DNA of 64,000 nucleotides from the NCBI GenBank assembly GCA_018657065.1, contig JABHXU010000017.1, forward strand, positions 43,067 through 107,066. Reading direction: 5' to 3'. The notes below the pieces were generated by a model. The model ran no database searches, was not told the origin of the DNA, and was given only the letters and a program-made list of their open reading frames with translations. Made by a program: the position numbers and the translations under genes. This document shows positions 29,734 through 39,530 of this stretch, in pieces. The stretch comes from an archaeon. Lineage in GTDB: Archaea; Nanobdellota; Nanobdellia; Woesearchaeales; GW2011-AR15. Numbering within the stretch: position 1 is the stretch's first letter; every line of letters starts with the position of its first letter.

Positions 29734-30591
29734 TCATCTACTGTACCTTTGAATGGGCCAGAACTTTGAAGAGATTTTGAAGCAACGTGCTGCAAATTTT
29801 CCCCTATTCTCAAGATCTTTATAATGTTGTTGTTCGGCAGCAATATAACCAGCCATATAACTGTCACCAGCACCAATTGGATTAATTACTTCTACGGGAA
29901 AAGCAGGAACTTGTATTTTTTGAGAATTTGTATAAATTAGTGATCCTTTTTGACCTTGTGTTACAATAATTGTTTTAGCGCCAGAATCTAACAATTTTGC
30001 TGCACCTTTGTCAGTTTGTTGTTTGCCAGAAATTATCACTAATTCATTAGCATCTAAAAAAACATTATCAACATATGGTAATATTTCATATACGTCTTGA
30101 TTAAATTTTCTTATAAATTCTCCAGATTGAGGGTATGTGTTTTGCCCTTCAATATATCTAATCATTCCTTGAGGCGCAAGAGAAACAGGAGTTCCGTTTA
30201 ATTTTTTAACTAATTCTAATCCGATTTGACTATGAAACATTGGTCCGAGAACAATATGGTCAAGATCATCTAAATCTGAAGTAGAAATATCTTGAGGTAG
30301 TATTGAATTATCATAAACAATTGCTTGGTCATATCTTTTATCAGGCTCATTTTCAGGAGTAATATTTGTGTGAGTTGTTGTTCCCTGTTTTAATAAGTGA
30401 ATTATGTTTCCTTTAAAAGATTCTGGAAACTCAGGTACAGTTTCTCCACAAGATCCAAAGATTGTTACATCAACACCTAAAGAATCTAAAGCACATCCAG
30501 AATAAAACGTAACTCCTCCAGCTTGTTCTATTTTTTGATTTCCATAAATATTTACATCTTGGATAATTGGACCAATAACTCCTACTTTCAT
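29734..30591 (-). CDS. PfkB-family carbohydrate/nucleoside kinase (ribokinase-like)
   Basis: C-terminal NPIGAGDSYMAGY (GAGD anion-hole motif) and N-terminal GG..FY di-Gly region. Confidence 0.7.
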   Translation of the reverse strand: MKVGVIGPIIQDVNIYGNQKIEQAGGVTFYSGCALDSLGVDVTIFGSCGETVPEFPESFKGNIIHLLKQGTTTHTNITPENEPDKRYDQAIVYDNSILPQDISTSDLDDLDHIVLGPMFHSQIGLELVKKLNGTPVSLAPQGMIRYIEGQNTYPQSGEFIRKFNQDVYEILPYVDNVFLDANELVIISGKQQTDKGAAKLLDSGAKTIIVTQGQKGSLIYTNSQKIQVPAFPVEVINPIGAGDSYMAGYIAAEQQHYKDLENRGKFAARCFKISSKFWPIQRYSR

Positions 30592-30627
30592 AAATTTGCA
30601 GTTAGAATTTAATTTATTAACTTATCT

Positions 30628-31167
30628 CTAAACTTCACTTTTGACAATTTTAATCATTTCATTGACATAAAGTAATGTCTCCATAATAATTCTATGAGAT
30701 TTTTCAATATCTCCTAAAATTACACCAAATGATTCAATTTGAATTAGATCTTCTTTAACTAATTCTTCAATTTCAGTTAAATTTTCTTCTTCAGGCCAAA
30801 ATTTGTTCATTATTCTTTTAATGAGTTTTTCTAGTTCTTCAAAATGGGCCAAGCTATCAACTTTATGTTCTTCTCTAAGTAACGATGGGTGAAGCATTTT
30901 TTTTGCTTTAATATGTTCATCAACAATTGATTTAGAAACTTCTTTAAATTTATGAAATGAAAAATATAATTTTTCTTCAAGTTGAGCTTCTTTATGATGT
31001 TCTTCAATTAATTTTTCAGTCATTTCGTGAAGATATTCTTTTTTTTGTGTAGTTATATGTTTTTTTTTTGCTGCTTCTTTAAGTGTGTTTAAAATTACAC
31101 CCATAGTTATTAAGACATTGTGCTCTTCTTTTAGAATTGTTAGTGATTTGACCTCGTGCTCTCCCAT
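30628..31167 (-). CDS. Hemerythrin HHE-like cation-binding domain protein (tentative)
   Basis: Repeated H...E/HH...EE..LF spacing (HEMTEKLIEEHHKEAQLEEKLYF; EEHKVDSLAHFEELEKL). Weak assignment. Confidence 0.35.
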   Translation of the reverse strand: MGEHEVKSLTILKEEHNVLITMGVILNTLKEAAKKKHITTQKKEYLHEMTEKLIEEHHKEAQLEEKLYFSFHKFKEVSKSIVDEHIKAKKMLHPSLLREEHKVDSLAHFEELEKLIKRIMNKFWPEEENLTEIEELVKEDLIQIESFGVILGDIEKSHRIIMETLLYVNEMIKIVKSEV

Positions 31168-31243
31168 AATATTTTTTTTGATAATTAGCTATTTAATTTT
31201 TTCCTTTAGATTTTTATATGAGTAACTAATTTGATAATGAATA

Positions 31244-33127
31244 ATGGTTTCTAATGAGCGTAAAAAAGAGTTGTTGTTTCCTTATGATATTGTTAGAGAT
31301 GAACAAAATAAATTATTATTGTTAACAGATGCAACAATTGAAAATAGAAGGAATCTTATTGTTCATGCACCTACAGGTCTAGGAAAAACTGCAGCTGCGC
31401 TTGCCCCTGCATTAGCTCATGCAATTAAAAAAGATCTCACAATTTTATTTTTGACTTCTAGACATACTCAACATAAAATAGCAATTGACACATTAAAAGA
31501 AATTAAAAATAAATATGGGAATAATTTTGGGAGTGTTTCAATAATTGGAAAAAAATGGATGTGTTTAGTTCCTGGAGTCCAAACATTATATGGGAAAGAT
31601 TTTTTAGAATATTGTAAAAAAGCTAGAGAAGAGCGAAAGTGTGATTTTTATAATAATATTAGAAAAACAGCAACAAAGTTCACAGATTCTGCAGATATTC
31701 TTTTAAAACAAATTCATAATAAAGGGCCAATGGACACTAAAGAAGTAATTAATCAAGGAGACATGCATAAAATGTGTCCTTATGAAATCTCTTTAGGTAT
31801 GGCGTCTAAAGCTAAGGTAATTATTGCAGATTATTATTATTTATTTAATGAACATATAAATCAAAATTTTTTAGCAAGAATCAACAAAGATTTAGATAAA
31901 TTAATAGTAATTGTTGATGAAGCTCATAATTTACCTTATAGACTTAAAGACTTAGCGTCAGAATTTTTAACAAGCGTAGTGGTAGATCGATCAATCAAAG
32001 AAGCAAAAAAATTTGGTTATGATAATACTGTTGAAATTCTTGAAGAAATTAAACATACTTTGGATAAATTATCTCAAGGTATGAGTCCTGGAGATGAAAA
32101 AACAATTACAAGAAATATGTTTGAAGGATCATTAAATGATAAATATGATTATGATCAATTGATTGGAGATCTAGCTCATGTTGCAGATTCAATTAGAGAA
32201 GTAAACAAAAGATCCTATATTGGTGGAATTGCAAACTTTATGGAGATGTGGCAAGGAGATGAAGAAGGATTTGTAAGAATTATATCATATAAACGAGGAT
32301 CTAGAGAACCGTTTATTTCACTTTCATATCGATGTTTGGACGCTAGTGTTGTAAGTAAAGAAATTATTAATAATACTCATTCGACAATTTTAATGTCAGG
32401 AACACTTTTACCTACTTCAATGTATAAAGAATTGCTTGGTGTTGAATCTGTTCAAGAAGTTGTGTTTAAAGATCCATTTCCTAAAGATAATAGGCTTAAT
32501 TTGATTATACCTAAAACTACAACAAAATACACGTCAAGAAATGAGAAAATGTATGAAGAAATTGCAACAACTTTGGCTGAGATGGTTAATAAAATTCCAG
32601 GAAATTCCGCAATTTTTTTCCCAAGTTATTTTTTAAGAGACCAAGTATTAAGACATTTTGATGTTAAATCAATTAAAACAGTTTTTTCTGAACAACCAGG
32701 TCTAGGAAAAGATGAAAAACAAGCACTTCTTGAGAATTTTAAATCATATAAAGATATAGGTGCAGTTCTTTTAGCAGTGGCTTCAGGGAGTTTTGGAGAA
32801 GGAATTGATTTACCTGGAGATTTACTTAAAGCAGTAATTGTTGTAGGTCTTCCGCTTTCTCAACCAGATCTTGAAACAAAATCTTTAATTGAATATTTTG
32901 ATAAAAAGTTTTCAAAAGGTTGGGATTATGGTTATTTGTTTCCAGCATTTAACAAAACTTTGCAAAACGCAGGTAGATGTATTAGATCTGGTACAGATAG
33001 AGGGATAATAGCTTTTTTAGACGAACGATATGTCTGGAAAAATTATAGGAGATGCTTTCCTGAAGATTGGGATATGGTAGTTAGTACTAATTATATGGGC
33101 ATGATTGAAGAGTTTTTTGATAGTTAG
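31244..33127 (+). CDS. xpd: XPD/Rad3-family 5'-3' DNA helicase (FeS-cluster helicase)
   Basis: Walker A HAPTGLGKTAAAL, DEAH box IVDEAHNL, and four Cys of the FeS domain (WMC...C...C...MC). Confidence 0.85.
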   Translation: MVSNERKKELLFPYDIVRDEQNKLLLLTDATIENRRNLIVHAPTGLGKTAAALAPALAHAIKKDLTILFLTSRHTQHKIAIDTLKEIKNKYGNNFGSVSIIGKKWMCLVPGVQTLYGKDFLEYCKKAREERKCDFYNNIRKTATKFTDSADILLKQIHNKGPMDTKEVINQGDMHKMCPYEISLGMASKAKVIIADYYYLFNEHINQNFLARINKDLDKLIVIVDEAHNLPYRLKDLASEFLTSVVVDRSIKEAKKFGYDNTVEILEEIKHTLDKLSQGMSPGDEKTITRNMFEGSLNDKYDYDQLIGDLAHVADSIREVNKRSYIGGIANFMEMWQGDEEGFVRIISYKRGSREPFISLSYRCLDASVVSKEIINNTHSTILMSGTLLPTSMYKELLGVESVQEVVFKDPFPKDNRLNLIIPKTTTKYTSRNEKMYEEIATTLAEMVNKIPGNSAIFFPSYFLRDQVLRHFDVKSIKTVFSEQPGLGKDEKQALLENFKSYKDIGAVLLAVASGSFGEGIDLPGDLLKAVIVVGLPLSQPDLETKSLIEYFDKKFSKGWDYGYLFPAFNKTLQNAGRCIRSGTDRGIIAFLDERYVWKNYRRCFPEDWDMVVSTNYMGMIEEFFDS

Positions 33128-33162
33128 ATAATAATAAATATTGATCTTTATTACTTTTTTTA

Positions 33163-33495
33163 ATGGCAACATATGATGATTTTATAAAACTAGATATTAG
33201 AGTTGGTGAGATAACAAAAGTTGAAGATTTTCCTGAAGCTAGAAACCCTACATACAAATTATTAATTAATTTAGGAGATGAAATAGGAATAAAAAAATCT
33301 TGTGCTCAGCTTGTCAAAAATTATTCAAAAGAGGAATTAATAGGTAAACAGGTTTTATGTGTTGTAAATTTTCCTCCTAGGCAAATAGGTCCAGCAACTT
33401 CTGAAGTATTAACTTTAGGTGTTCCTGATGAGAATAATGAATGTGTTTTAATCCAACCTAATAATAATGTTCCTTTAGGTGGTAGATTATATTAG
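33163..33495 (+). CDS. tRNA-binding protein (CsaA/Trbp111, EMAP-type OB fold)
   Basis: LDIRVGEI...ARNPTYKLLINLGDE...ELIGKQVLCVVNFPPRQIGPATSEVLTLG. Confidence 0.7.
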   Translation: MATYDDFIKLDIRVGEITKVEDFPEARNPTYKLLINLGDEIGIKKSCAQLVKNYSKEELIGKQVLCVVNFPPRQIGPATSEVLTLGVPDENNECVLIQPNNNVPLGGRLY

Positions 33496-33543
33496 AATTA
33501 TTTAACACAAACTTTATATTGATTCTTTAACTTTTTTTATTTT

Positions 33544-34104
33544 ATGAAACGATGCGATTGGGTACCTAAAAATAACCCACTATATGAAAAGTATCATGAT
33601 GAGGAATGGGGATTACCATGTCATGATGAGAGAGAACTTTTTGAATTAATAATTTTAGAAGGAGCACAAGCTGGTTTAAGTTGGGAAACAGTTCTTAAAA
33701 AACGTGAGAACTATCGAGCAGCTTTTGATAACTTTGATGTAAAAAAGGTTGCCAAATATGATGAAAAAAAAGTTCAAGAATTATTACAAAATGCAGGTAT
33801 AATTAGAAATAGATTAAAAATAAGATCTTCTATTTTAAATGCTCAAAAGTTTTTAGAAATACAAAAAGAGTTTGGAAGCTTTGATAAATATATTTGGTCA
33901 TTTGTTAATTATAAAGTTATTAATAACAAGTTTAAAACAGTAGGTGAAATTCCTGCAAAAACTGAACTTTCTGATAAAATTTCTCAAGATTTAATAAAAA
34001 GAGGAATGAAATTTGTAGGTAGTACAATTATATATGCATATATGCAATCTATTGGTATGGTTAATGATCATACAACTGATTGTTTTAGATATAATAAAGT
34101 TTAA
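33544..34104 (+). CDS. tag: DNA-3-methyladenine glycosylase I
   Basis: C.W.......Y..YHDEEWG.P.HD.R.LFE...LEG.QAGLSW plus C-terminal H..DCF zinc-site residues. Confidence 0.8.
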   Translation: MKRCDWVPKNNPLYEKYHDEEWGLPCHDERELFELIILEGAQAGLSWETVLKKRENYRAAFDNFDVKKVAKYDEKKVQELLQNAGIIRNRLKIRSSILNAQKFLEIQKEFGSFDKYIWSFVNYKVINNKFKTVGEIPAKTELSDKISQDLIKRGMKFVGSTIIYAYMQSIGMVNDHTTDCFRYNKV

Positions 34105-34109
34105 ATTGT

Positions 34110-35147
34110 TTATATTGGAAGTTGAATTTTGAATATAACTCCGCCTTTAGGATCATCTTCAACCCAGATTTTCCCTTTATGAAGTTCAACAATATGTTTA
34201 CAAATAGAAAGTCCTAGACCAGATCCTTCAATAGCTTCTTTTGCATTAGCTCTTTCAAATCTATTAAATATCAACTCTTTGTACTCATTTTTAATTGTTT
34301 TACCTTTATTGCTAATTGAGAAAAGAACTGTTTCTTTAGACTTTTCAAATCTGATTTTAATATTAGTTTTAGGTAATCCATATTTTATACTATTGTCTAT
34401 GACATTATGAAATACCTCTTTAATCAATGGAAGACCTTTAAAATGAAAATTTGTTTTTGAGATAATTAAGTTAATATTTCTGTCCTTTAATTTTAAATAA
34501 AATTCTTTTTTAAGTTCCTTAAACATAGAATCAATATTTATTTTTATGGACTCTTTTTTATATTCATTCTGATCCAATTTTGAGTATGTTCTAGCATCAT
34601 TAATTAATTCAGACATATTATTAGAATCATTAATTATTATATTTGTATATGAAATAATTTTTTTATTTTTGGTTTTTGGTTTAATTAAATTAGCAAAACC
34701 TCTAATTGATGCAATTGGATTTTTTAAATCGTGATCCATGATTGAAATAAACAGATCTTTTAATTTGTTAGATCTTGTCAATTCACTAGTTCTTTTTCTA
34801 ACTTTTTCAATTAATTCAATGTTCCAATTTCTAAGTTGAAGAGATTTTTTTTGTAAATCTCCAATAAGTTTAGATAATAACCACATAACAACAAAAATAA
34901 ATAAAGCGCTATTAAAAAATACTACACCACTAAGCAGTCTAATTCTTTCAATATTTAGAGGTAATAATGTAACACTAAGGAGATATGAAATGAAACTTAT
35001 AAAGAAAAAAAAAGTGTGGATATAAATTACAATCCAAGTTCTTTTCATATCTTTTTTTTTAACTTGTTTTAATAATTTTAGGGCTCGTTGAATAATAAAA
35101 AAAAGGAGAATTAATGAAAGAAAAGTCAACACTATATCTATATACAT
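34110..35147 (-). CDS. Membrane sensor histidine kinase (HisKA + HATPase_c)
   Basis: Two or three N-terminal TM helices; H-box MDHDLKNPIASIRGFANLI; G-boxes ...GSGLGLSICKHIVELHKGKIWVE. Confidence 0.75.
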   Translation of the reverse strand: MYIDIVLTFLSLILLFFIIQRALKLLKQVKKKDMKRTWIVIYIHTFFFFISFISYLLSVTLLPLNIERIRLLSGVVFFNSALFIFVVMWLLSKLIGDLQKKSLQLRNWNIELIEKVRKRTSELTRSNKLKDLFISIMDHDLKNPIASIRGFANLIKPKTKNKKIISYTNIIINDSNNMSELINDARTYSKLDQNEYKKESIKINIDSMFKELKKEFYLKLKDRNINLIISKTNFHFKGLPLIKEVFHNVIDNSIKYGLPKTNIKIRFEKSKETVLFSISNKGKTIKNEYKELIFNRFERANAKEAIEGSGLGLSICKHIVELHKGKIWVEDDPKGGVIFKIQLPI

Positions 35148-35326
35148 ATAATTGTAAAAGGTTTTTAGAGTATATAATGATTTTGAAATTAGTTTTTTTT
35201 AAATTTATTTTTCTGTAAATTAGGCATAAAAATGAAGTGATTTCTGAAAGAACTAATATACAAAAATGTATACTAAGATAACTAAATAGTAACCTTTATA
35301 TACTAGTTATACCATTATTCTAAAAT

Positions 35327-35740
35327 ATGGTCATACTGTTCGACCAATTCAATTTGCCAGAGGACATATTTGAAATTGTTTTTGCAACGCAACAACAAGT
35401 CATCGTCTCAAAGCTATTGATAAGGCATATGAAAGAGAAAGGTAGCGAGATCGGGAAGACAGAGATGTCTTTATTCGCTACAAAACTTCACGAAGGTGAA
35501 TTAGTTACAACTCTAAACACACCAGAGTTTAAAGGCAAGAAGGTAAAAATTAGTTATAATAAGAGACAGTTTTACGACAGGATCTTAACTCCGATGAAGA
35601 GTATGGGAATTGTCGATTATGATCTCTATAAAAAAACATACAAAGTTTCAGAACGGTTCAATAAAAACATGATGAGAGTTGGTTTAATGTGGCTTCAAGA
35701 GCTGCGAAAACCACCTTTAGATTTTCAGGTTGTAGATTAA
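35327..35740 (+). CDS. Hypothetical protein, GC-richer than its neighbours
   Basis: 137 aa; no recognisable domain. Uses ctg/gac/gcg codons that are rare elsewhere in the window. Confidence 0.4.
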   Translation: MVILFDQFNLPEDIFEIVFATQQQVIVSKLLIRHMKEKGSEIGKTEMSLFATKLHEGELVTTLNTPEFKGKKVKISYNKRQFYDRILTPMKSMGIVDYDLYKKTYKVSERFNKNMMRVGLMWLQELRKPPLDFQVVD

Positions 35741-35743
35741 AAA

Positions 35744-35894
35744 GCTCCCCTGCCTGAATTCTTATACCCCACCCCAAAAAGTTAGGGGAGCATCAAACCC
35801 CTTGAAGAAATCAAAAATCTTCAAGGATCATAATTTTATGGCACCCTGTTGCCCTTCTTAATACCCCTCCCCCAATAAGAATTGATAGGGTGCC
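35744..35894. repeat. Cluster of three GC-rich hairpins between convergent genes; two have 8-bp stems and near-identical C-rich loops
   Basis: GCTCCCCT...AGGGGAGC (35744-35790); CCTTGAAGA...TCTTCAAGG (about 35798-35828); GGCACCCT...AGGGTGCC (35840-35894). Loops CTTATACCCCACCCCAAAAAG vs CTTAATACCCCTCCCCCAATAAG. Confidence 0.45.
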
Positions 35895-35903
35895 TTCTTT
35901 CTT

Positions 35904-36707
35904 TTAAGTTTTACCATAAAGAGAAGTTGGAAATCCAAAAGTTCTTAGTTTATTGAAATGATCGTAATAATTAATACCTTTTTTAGGAGGTGCAGCAAGT
36001 AGATATTTTATATCTTGAGTAGGAAAATTTCTGAGTTGGTCTTTTAATGCAAGTTTTTTGTCTTTATGTTTTTGAGAGAAATATGTTCCAGCAACTAAAG
36101 CAAGAGAGATACCTATTTGAGCGGGAGTAATTTTTTGATTTGTAAAAAGATTTTGTAAAATTGAAAAACCATTAATAGCAAGACCTGCAAACATAGTATA
36201 ATCTCCAAAATTATATCTTGGATCTCCTGCAAAAGATTCAACAAAATCATTATGACAATTATGATTTATAGACCAAATCATATAAGATATGTCTTTAGTA
36301 AATTCTTGAGGTTGAAGACCTATAGATTGCCATTTTTCTTGGAATTTTTTTAATAGTTGTTGACTATGTTCATCATTGAATATGTGGTTTTTAAGAGGAG
36401 AGTATTCTTGTCCTAAATATGTAAGAAATTCAGTAGGATTCTCACTTACAACTTTTTCAATTGTTTTGTAATGAATAAAATGTTTTAACTCATGCTCAAG
36501 AATTCCAGTTTGTACAAAAAGAGGAGCCCAAGAAAGAAGTGTAACTGTGGTATGATTTTCTTTAATATTTAATGGAGAAAATTGAGCTTCTTTACCTCTA
36601 TCAATTCTAATGTTAGTCATAAAATATTCTTTATCAATTCCAAGCAGTTCAGAATATTCAGCTGCTAATCTATCTAAAGTTATTTGTGCTTTTTCTTGGA
36701 ATGACAT
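35904..36707 (-). CDS. Hypothetical HExxH-motif protein with C-terminal hydrophobic segments (putative metallopeptidase-like)
   Basis: ILEHELKHFIHY contains HExxH. Hydrophobic helices sit near the C-terminus. No family assignment. Confidence 0.45.
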   Translation of the reverse strand: MSFQEKAQITLDRLAAEYSELLGIDKEYFMTNIRIDRGKEAQFSPLNIKENHTTVTLLSWAPLFVQTGILEHELKHFIHYKTIEKVVSENPTEFLTYLGQEYSPLKNHIFNDEHSQQLLKKFQEKWQSIGLQPQEFTKDISYMIWSINHNCHNDFVESFAGDPRYNFGDYTMFAGLAINGFSILQNLFTNQKITPAQIGISLALVAGTYFSQKHKDKKLALKDQLRNFPTQDIKYLLAAPPKKGINYYDHFNKLRTFGFPTSLYGKT

Positions 36708-36755
36708 TATAGACGAGAAAAAGATCTTATATTTAAATGAATTCTCTAAAAGTTG

Positions 36756-37559
36756 TTATGTGTCAATCGGATACTGTATTTCTGTGAGAGTATCATCTTT
36801 TTTAACTTGGTTCTCATTTGTTAAAAATAATAATCTATCAGGTAATTTCAAATTCAATTTATTTTCTTCTGCAAACTTGTAAACCCTTTTATAAGATTTA
36901 AGAAAATGATCCATTTCTGAAGGATGGCCTTGATGAATTAAAGAAACAATTTTTTGAGCTGGTAATTTTTTAATTTCATAATCTCCTTTTTCAAATTTAC
37001 CGCAAACAGGTATTGCTATTTCAATATCAGCATTTTTTTCTTTATATCCTTCATCATAGCAAAGTAAAGCAATTGGTCCTGTAATTTTTGCATTATTTTT
37101 TTCAATTGCTTTCATCAAGTGTTTTACTAAAAAAGATATTGATTTCTCATATGTACCTTTAACTCTTTTACTAATTGCTCTAATTTCTGGAAGTTCCTTG
37201 ATAATAGGCTTTTCTGCTTTCATAGTGAAAACTTCGTTTAAATTTTTTTTAAGTAATATTTTTTTTGCTTTGTTTAATTCTTGAATAGTAGAATTTGTTT
37301 TTTTAATTTGTATTTCAAAAAGTTCTTCTATCTCGTCTGTTTTTTTTGAATTAATTATTTTTTTAATATTATTTAGACTAAAACCAAGTCTAGATAAAAT
37401 TCTAATTTCAATTGCCTTATCAATTTGGTTTAAAGTGTAATACCTATAACCAGTTATTTCTCTTTTTATAGGAACAAGTAATCCTTTTTCATCATACAAT
37501 CTAAGTGCTTTTTCTGTAAGTTGTGTAAGTCTTGAAAATGCACTGATCTTAATTTCCAT
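36756..37559 (-). CDS. MerR-family transcription regulator with GyrI-like effector-binding domain (BmrR/BltR-like)
   Basis: MEIKISAFSRLTQLTEKALRLYDEKGLLVP.....GYRYY is the MerR HTH; C-terminal about 150 aa are GyrI-like. Start placed at the ATG at 37559 rather than the track's 37592. Confidence 0.7.
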   Translation of the reverse strand: MEIKISAFSRLTQLTEKALRLYDEKGLLVPIKREITGYRYYTLNQIDKAIEIRILSRLGFSLNNIKKIINSKKTDEIEELFEIQIKKTNSTIQELNKAKKILLKKNLNEVFTMKAEKPIIKELPEIRAISKRVKGTYEKSISFLVKHLMKAIEKNNAKITGPIALLCYDEGYKEKNADIEIAIPVCGKFEKGDYEIKKLPAQKIVSLIHQGHPSEMDHFLKSYKRVYKFAEENKLNLKLPDRLLFLTNENQVKKDDTLTEIQYPIDT

Positions 37560-37686
37560 ATTTTGCGTTAACATAATTGAATATTTAAACACTCCTTTCT
37601 TACCATGGGTGAGACTTTTTTAATAACTTCAACTTCGTTTAAAACTTACTTCTGAGTATTTAATTAACATTTGTCTACCAATTTTT

Positions 37687-38469
37687 ATGAAAAATAAAAT
37701 TATGACTATAATTACACTTTTGTTGATGCTTACAACGACTGTAGTTGCAACTAAATCTTTTGGAACTACATATATAACAAGTGCAAATCAGTATTATACT
37801 GTCTTTTTTGACGAAGAAGGAGAAGCTTATGTTGCATTACGGCTTGATATATTTAATAAAGATACTCAGCCAATTGAATTTTTGAATTTAGAAATTCCTG
37901 GGGATCATATGATTATCTATAAAATTATTCAGGAACATAGTTATGGGTATGAAGAAATTCAAGCTAAACCTACTAGATTAGCTGATTCAGTCTATTTAAC
38001 TCTTGATATTATGCCAATAGTTAAAGGACAAAAATCGACTTTTTTAGTTTTTTACAAAGTAGAAGGATATGTGGATAGTTTTCTAAAAAAACATGATTTT
38101 GAATTTGAAACTATTAGAATTCCATATTTAACTAACGACATAAAAGTAACAATTGATGTTCAAGAAGGTCTTGAACTTAAAGGAAAGGATTCAAAAGTCA
38201 ATTATATGCCTGACTTTAATATGTTAAATAAAGGCGCAGCACTTGAAGCAGCAGAATTTAGAAAAATGTCTGATGTTATGATTAGAGATTATGGATACAC
38301 AAAAAACGCGAACATGCTTGATCCTTATGAAAGTTTTTCAGTTACAGGAACATATGCAAAAAATTGGTTTTATATCCATCTTAACCTAATAATGGGAATT
38401 GCTTTTGGATTAATTGGTTTTATTGCAATTTTGATGTTTATTTTATTTGTTAAACTGATCGTGAAATAA
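37687..38469 (+). CDS. Secreted protein with C-terminal TM anchor
   Basis: Signal peptide MKNKIMTIITLLLMLTTTVVA; C-terminal IHLNLIMGIAFGLIGFIAILMFILFV. Confidence 0.45.
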   Translation: MKNKIMTIITLLLMLTTTVVATKSFGTTYITSANQYYTVFFDEEGEAYVALRLDIFNKDTQPIEFLNLEIPGDHMIIYKIIQEHSYGYEEIQAKPTRLADSVYLTLDIMPIVKGQKSTFLVFYKVEGYVDSFLKKHDFEFETIRIPYLTNDIKVTIDVQEGLELKGKDSKVNYMPDFNMLNKGAALEAAEFRKMSDVMIRDYGYTKNANMLDPYESFSVTGTYAKNWFYIHLNLIMGIAFGLIGFIAILMFILFVKLIVK

Positions 38470-38502
38470 TTTTTCTTTTATTTTCAAATTTTTTAGAGGA
38501 TA

Positions 38503-39150
38503 TTAATTATCACTGTTATTTACTTTAAATCTTATTCTTTTAATATCTTTTAAGATTCCTTTACCATATTCTCTTTCTTTTTCATTAGGAGAAAAAGAAG
38601 CTTCAACCCAATCTCTAAGATATGGGCTATTGGTTAGTTCAGTAAGTTCTGCAATTGTTGGTCTTGATATTTGTGGAGTTTTAAATCTAGAATCTCTCGT
38701 AACTATTTGACTAATTTCATTTGGAAATGCTTCAGTAATAATGTCTATTTCTGCATTTTCAAACAAAGCAAAAATAGAATAGATGTTTTCATGATCTCGA
38801 AGCGAAGTAACTAAGGTTCCTGAAGGAAAATACATTTGCACTTTTTCAACAAGTGGAGAAATAAATTCAAGCATGTCAGATGAATCAAAACTAGGATATA
38901 ATATGTTTTCCCCAATAAAATAAACAGTTTTATCAGGATAATTATTAGGATTTTCATTAAATAATTTTAAACCTTTTTCTAATTCAGATAAATATCCTTC
39001 AAATCCAATATATATTTTTTTGAAATCTTTTGCATGATAAATTCCTGAGAAATCACCAGAACCTATGTCAAGTATAACTTTGGGTGTTGGAGTTTCCATT
39101 ATAGCAATTGGAATTTCAGTAGGAAAGGACAGTGCATATTTTTTAACCAT
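38503..39150 (-). CDS. Putative class-I SAM-dependent methyltransferase
   Basis: VILDIGSGDF resembles motif I (hh.D.G.G.G). Otherwise unassigned. Confidence 0.35.
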   Translation of the reverse strand: MVKKYALSFPTEIPIAIMETPTPKVILDIGSGDFSGIYHAKDFKKIYIGFEGYLSELEKGLKLFNENPNNYPDKTVYFIGENILYPSFDSSDMLEFISPLVEKVQMYFPSGTLVTSLRDHENIYSIFALFENAEIDIITEAFPNEISQIVTRDSRFKTPQISRPTIAELTELTNSPYLRDWVEASFSPNEKEREYGKGILKDIKRIRFKVNNSDN

Positions 39151-39374
39151 TAAAGAGTAGCAAAATTACATAATATATATAATTAATTAAATTTTTTAAT
39201 TCATTTTTGTTCTTATTGCTTTAAATTTATATATTTGTTTTACTTATGTCATACACACATCATACAAGTATCGCCCTAGAAACATTTATATATTACTTAT
39301 GTACATGTTTTATCATACAAATATCATTTAAAGTACAAAAAGTGACATAGTATACAAAAGTGGTACCGGACCGA

Positions 39375-39530
39375 ATGAAAGTTACTGTAGTTAATGTTAG
39401 ACTACCTAAAAAAATAGTAGAGTGGATAGATTCTCTTGTAGAAAAAGATATTTATAATTCTCGTAGTGAAGCGATTCGTGATTTTTCTAGATCTTATGTA
39501 ATTGACAACAGGGGTGAGTCTAATAACTGA
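39375..39530 (+). CDS. Ribbon-helix-helix (CopG/Arc-like) DNA-binding protein, 51 aa
   Basis: MKVTVVNVRLPKKIVEWIDSLVEKDIYNSRSEAIRDFSRSY is a canonical RHH beta-strand + two helices. Below the track's size cutoff, so found by eye. Confidence 0.6.
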   Translation: MKVTVVNVRLPKKIVEWIDSLVEKDIYNSRSEAIRDFSRSYVIDNRGESNN

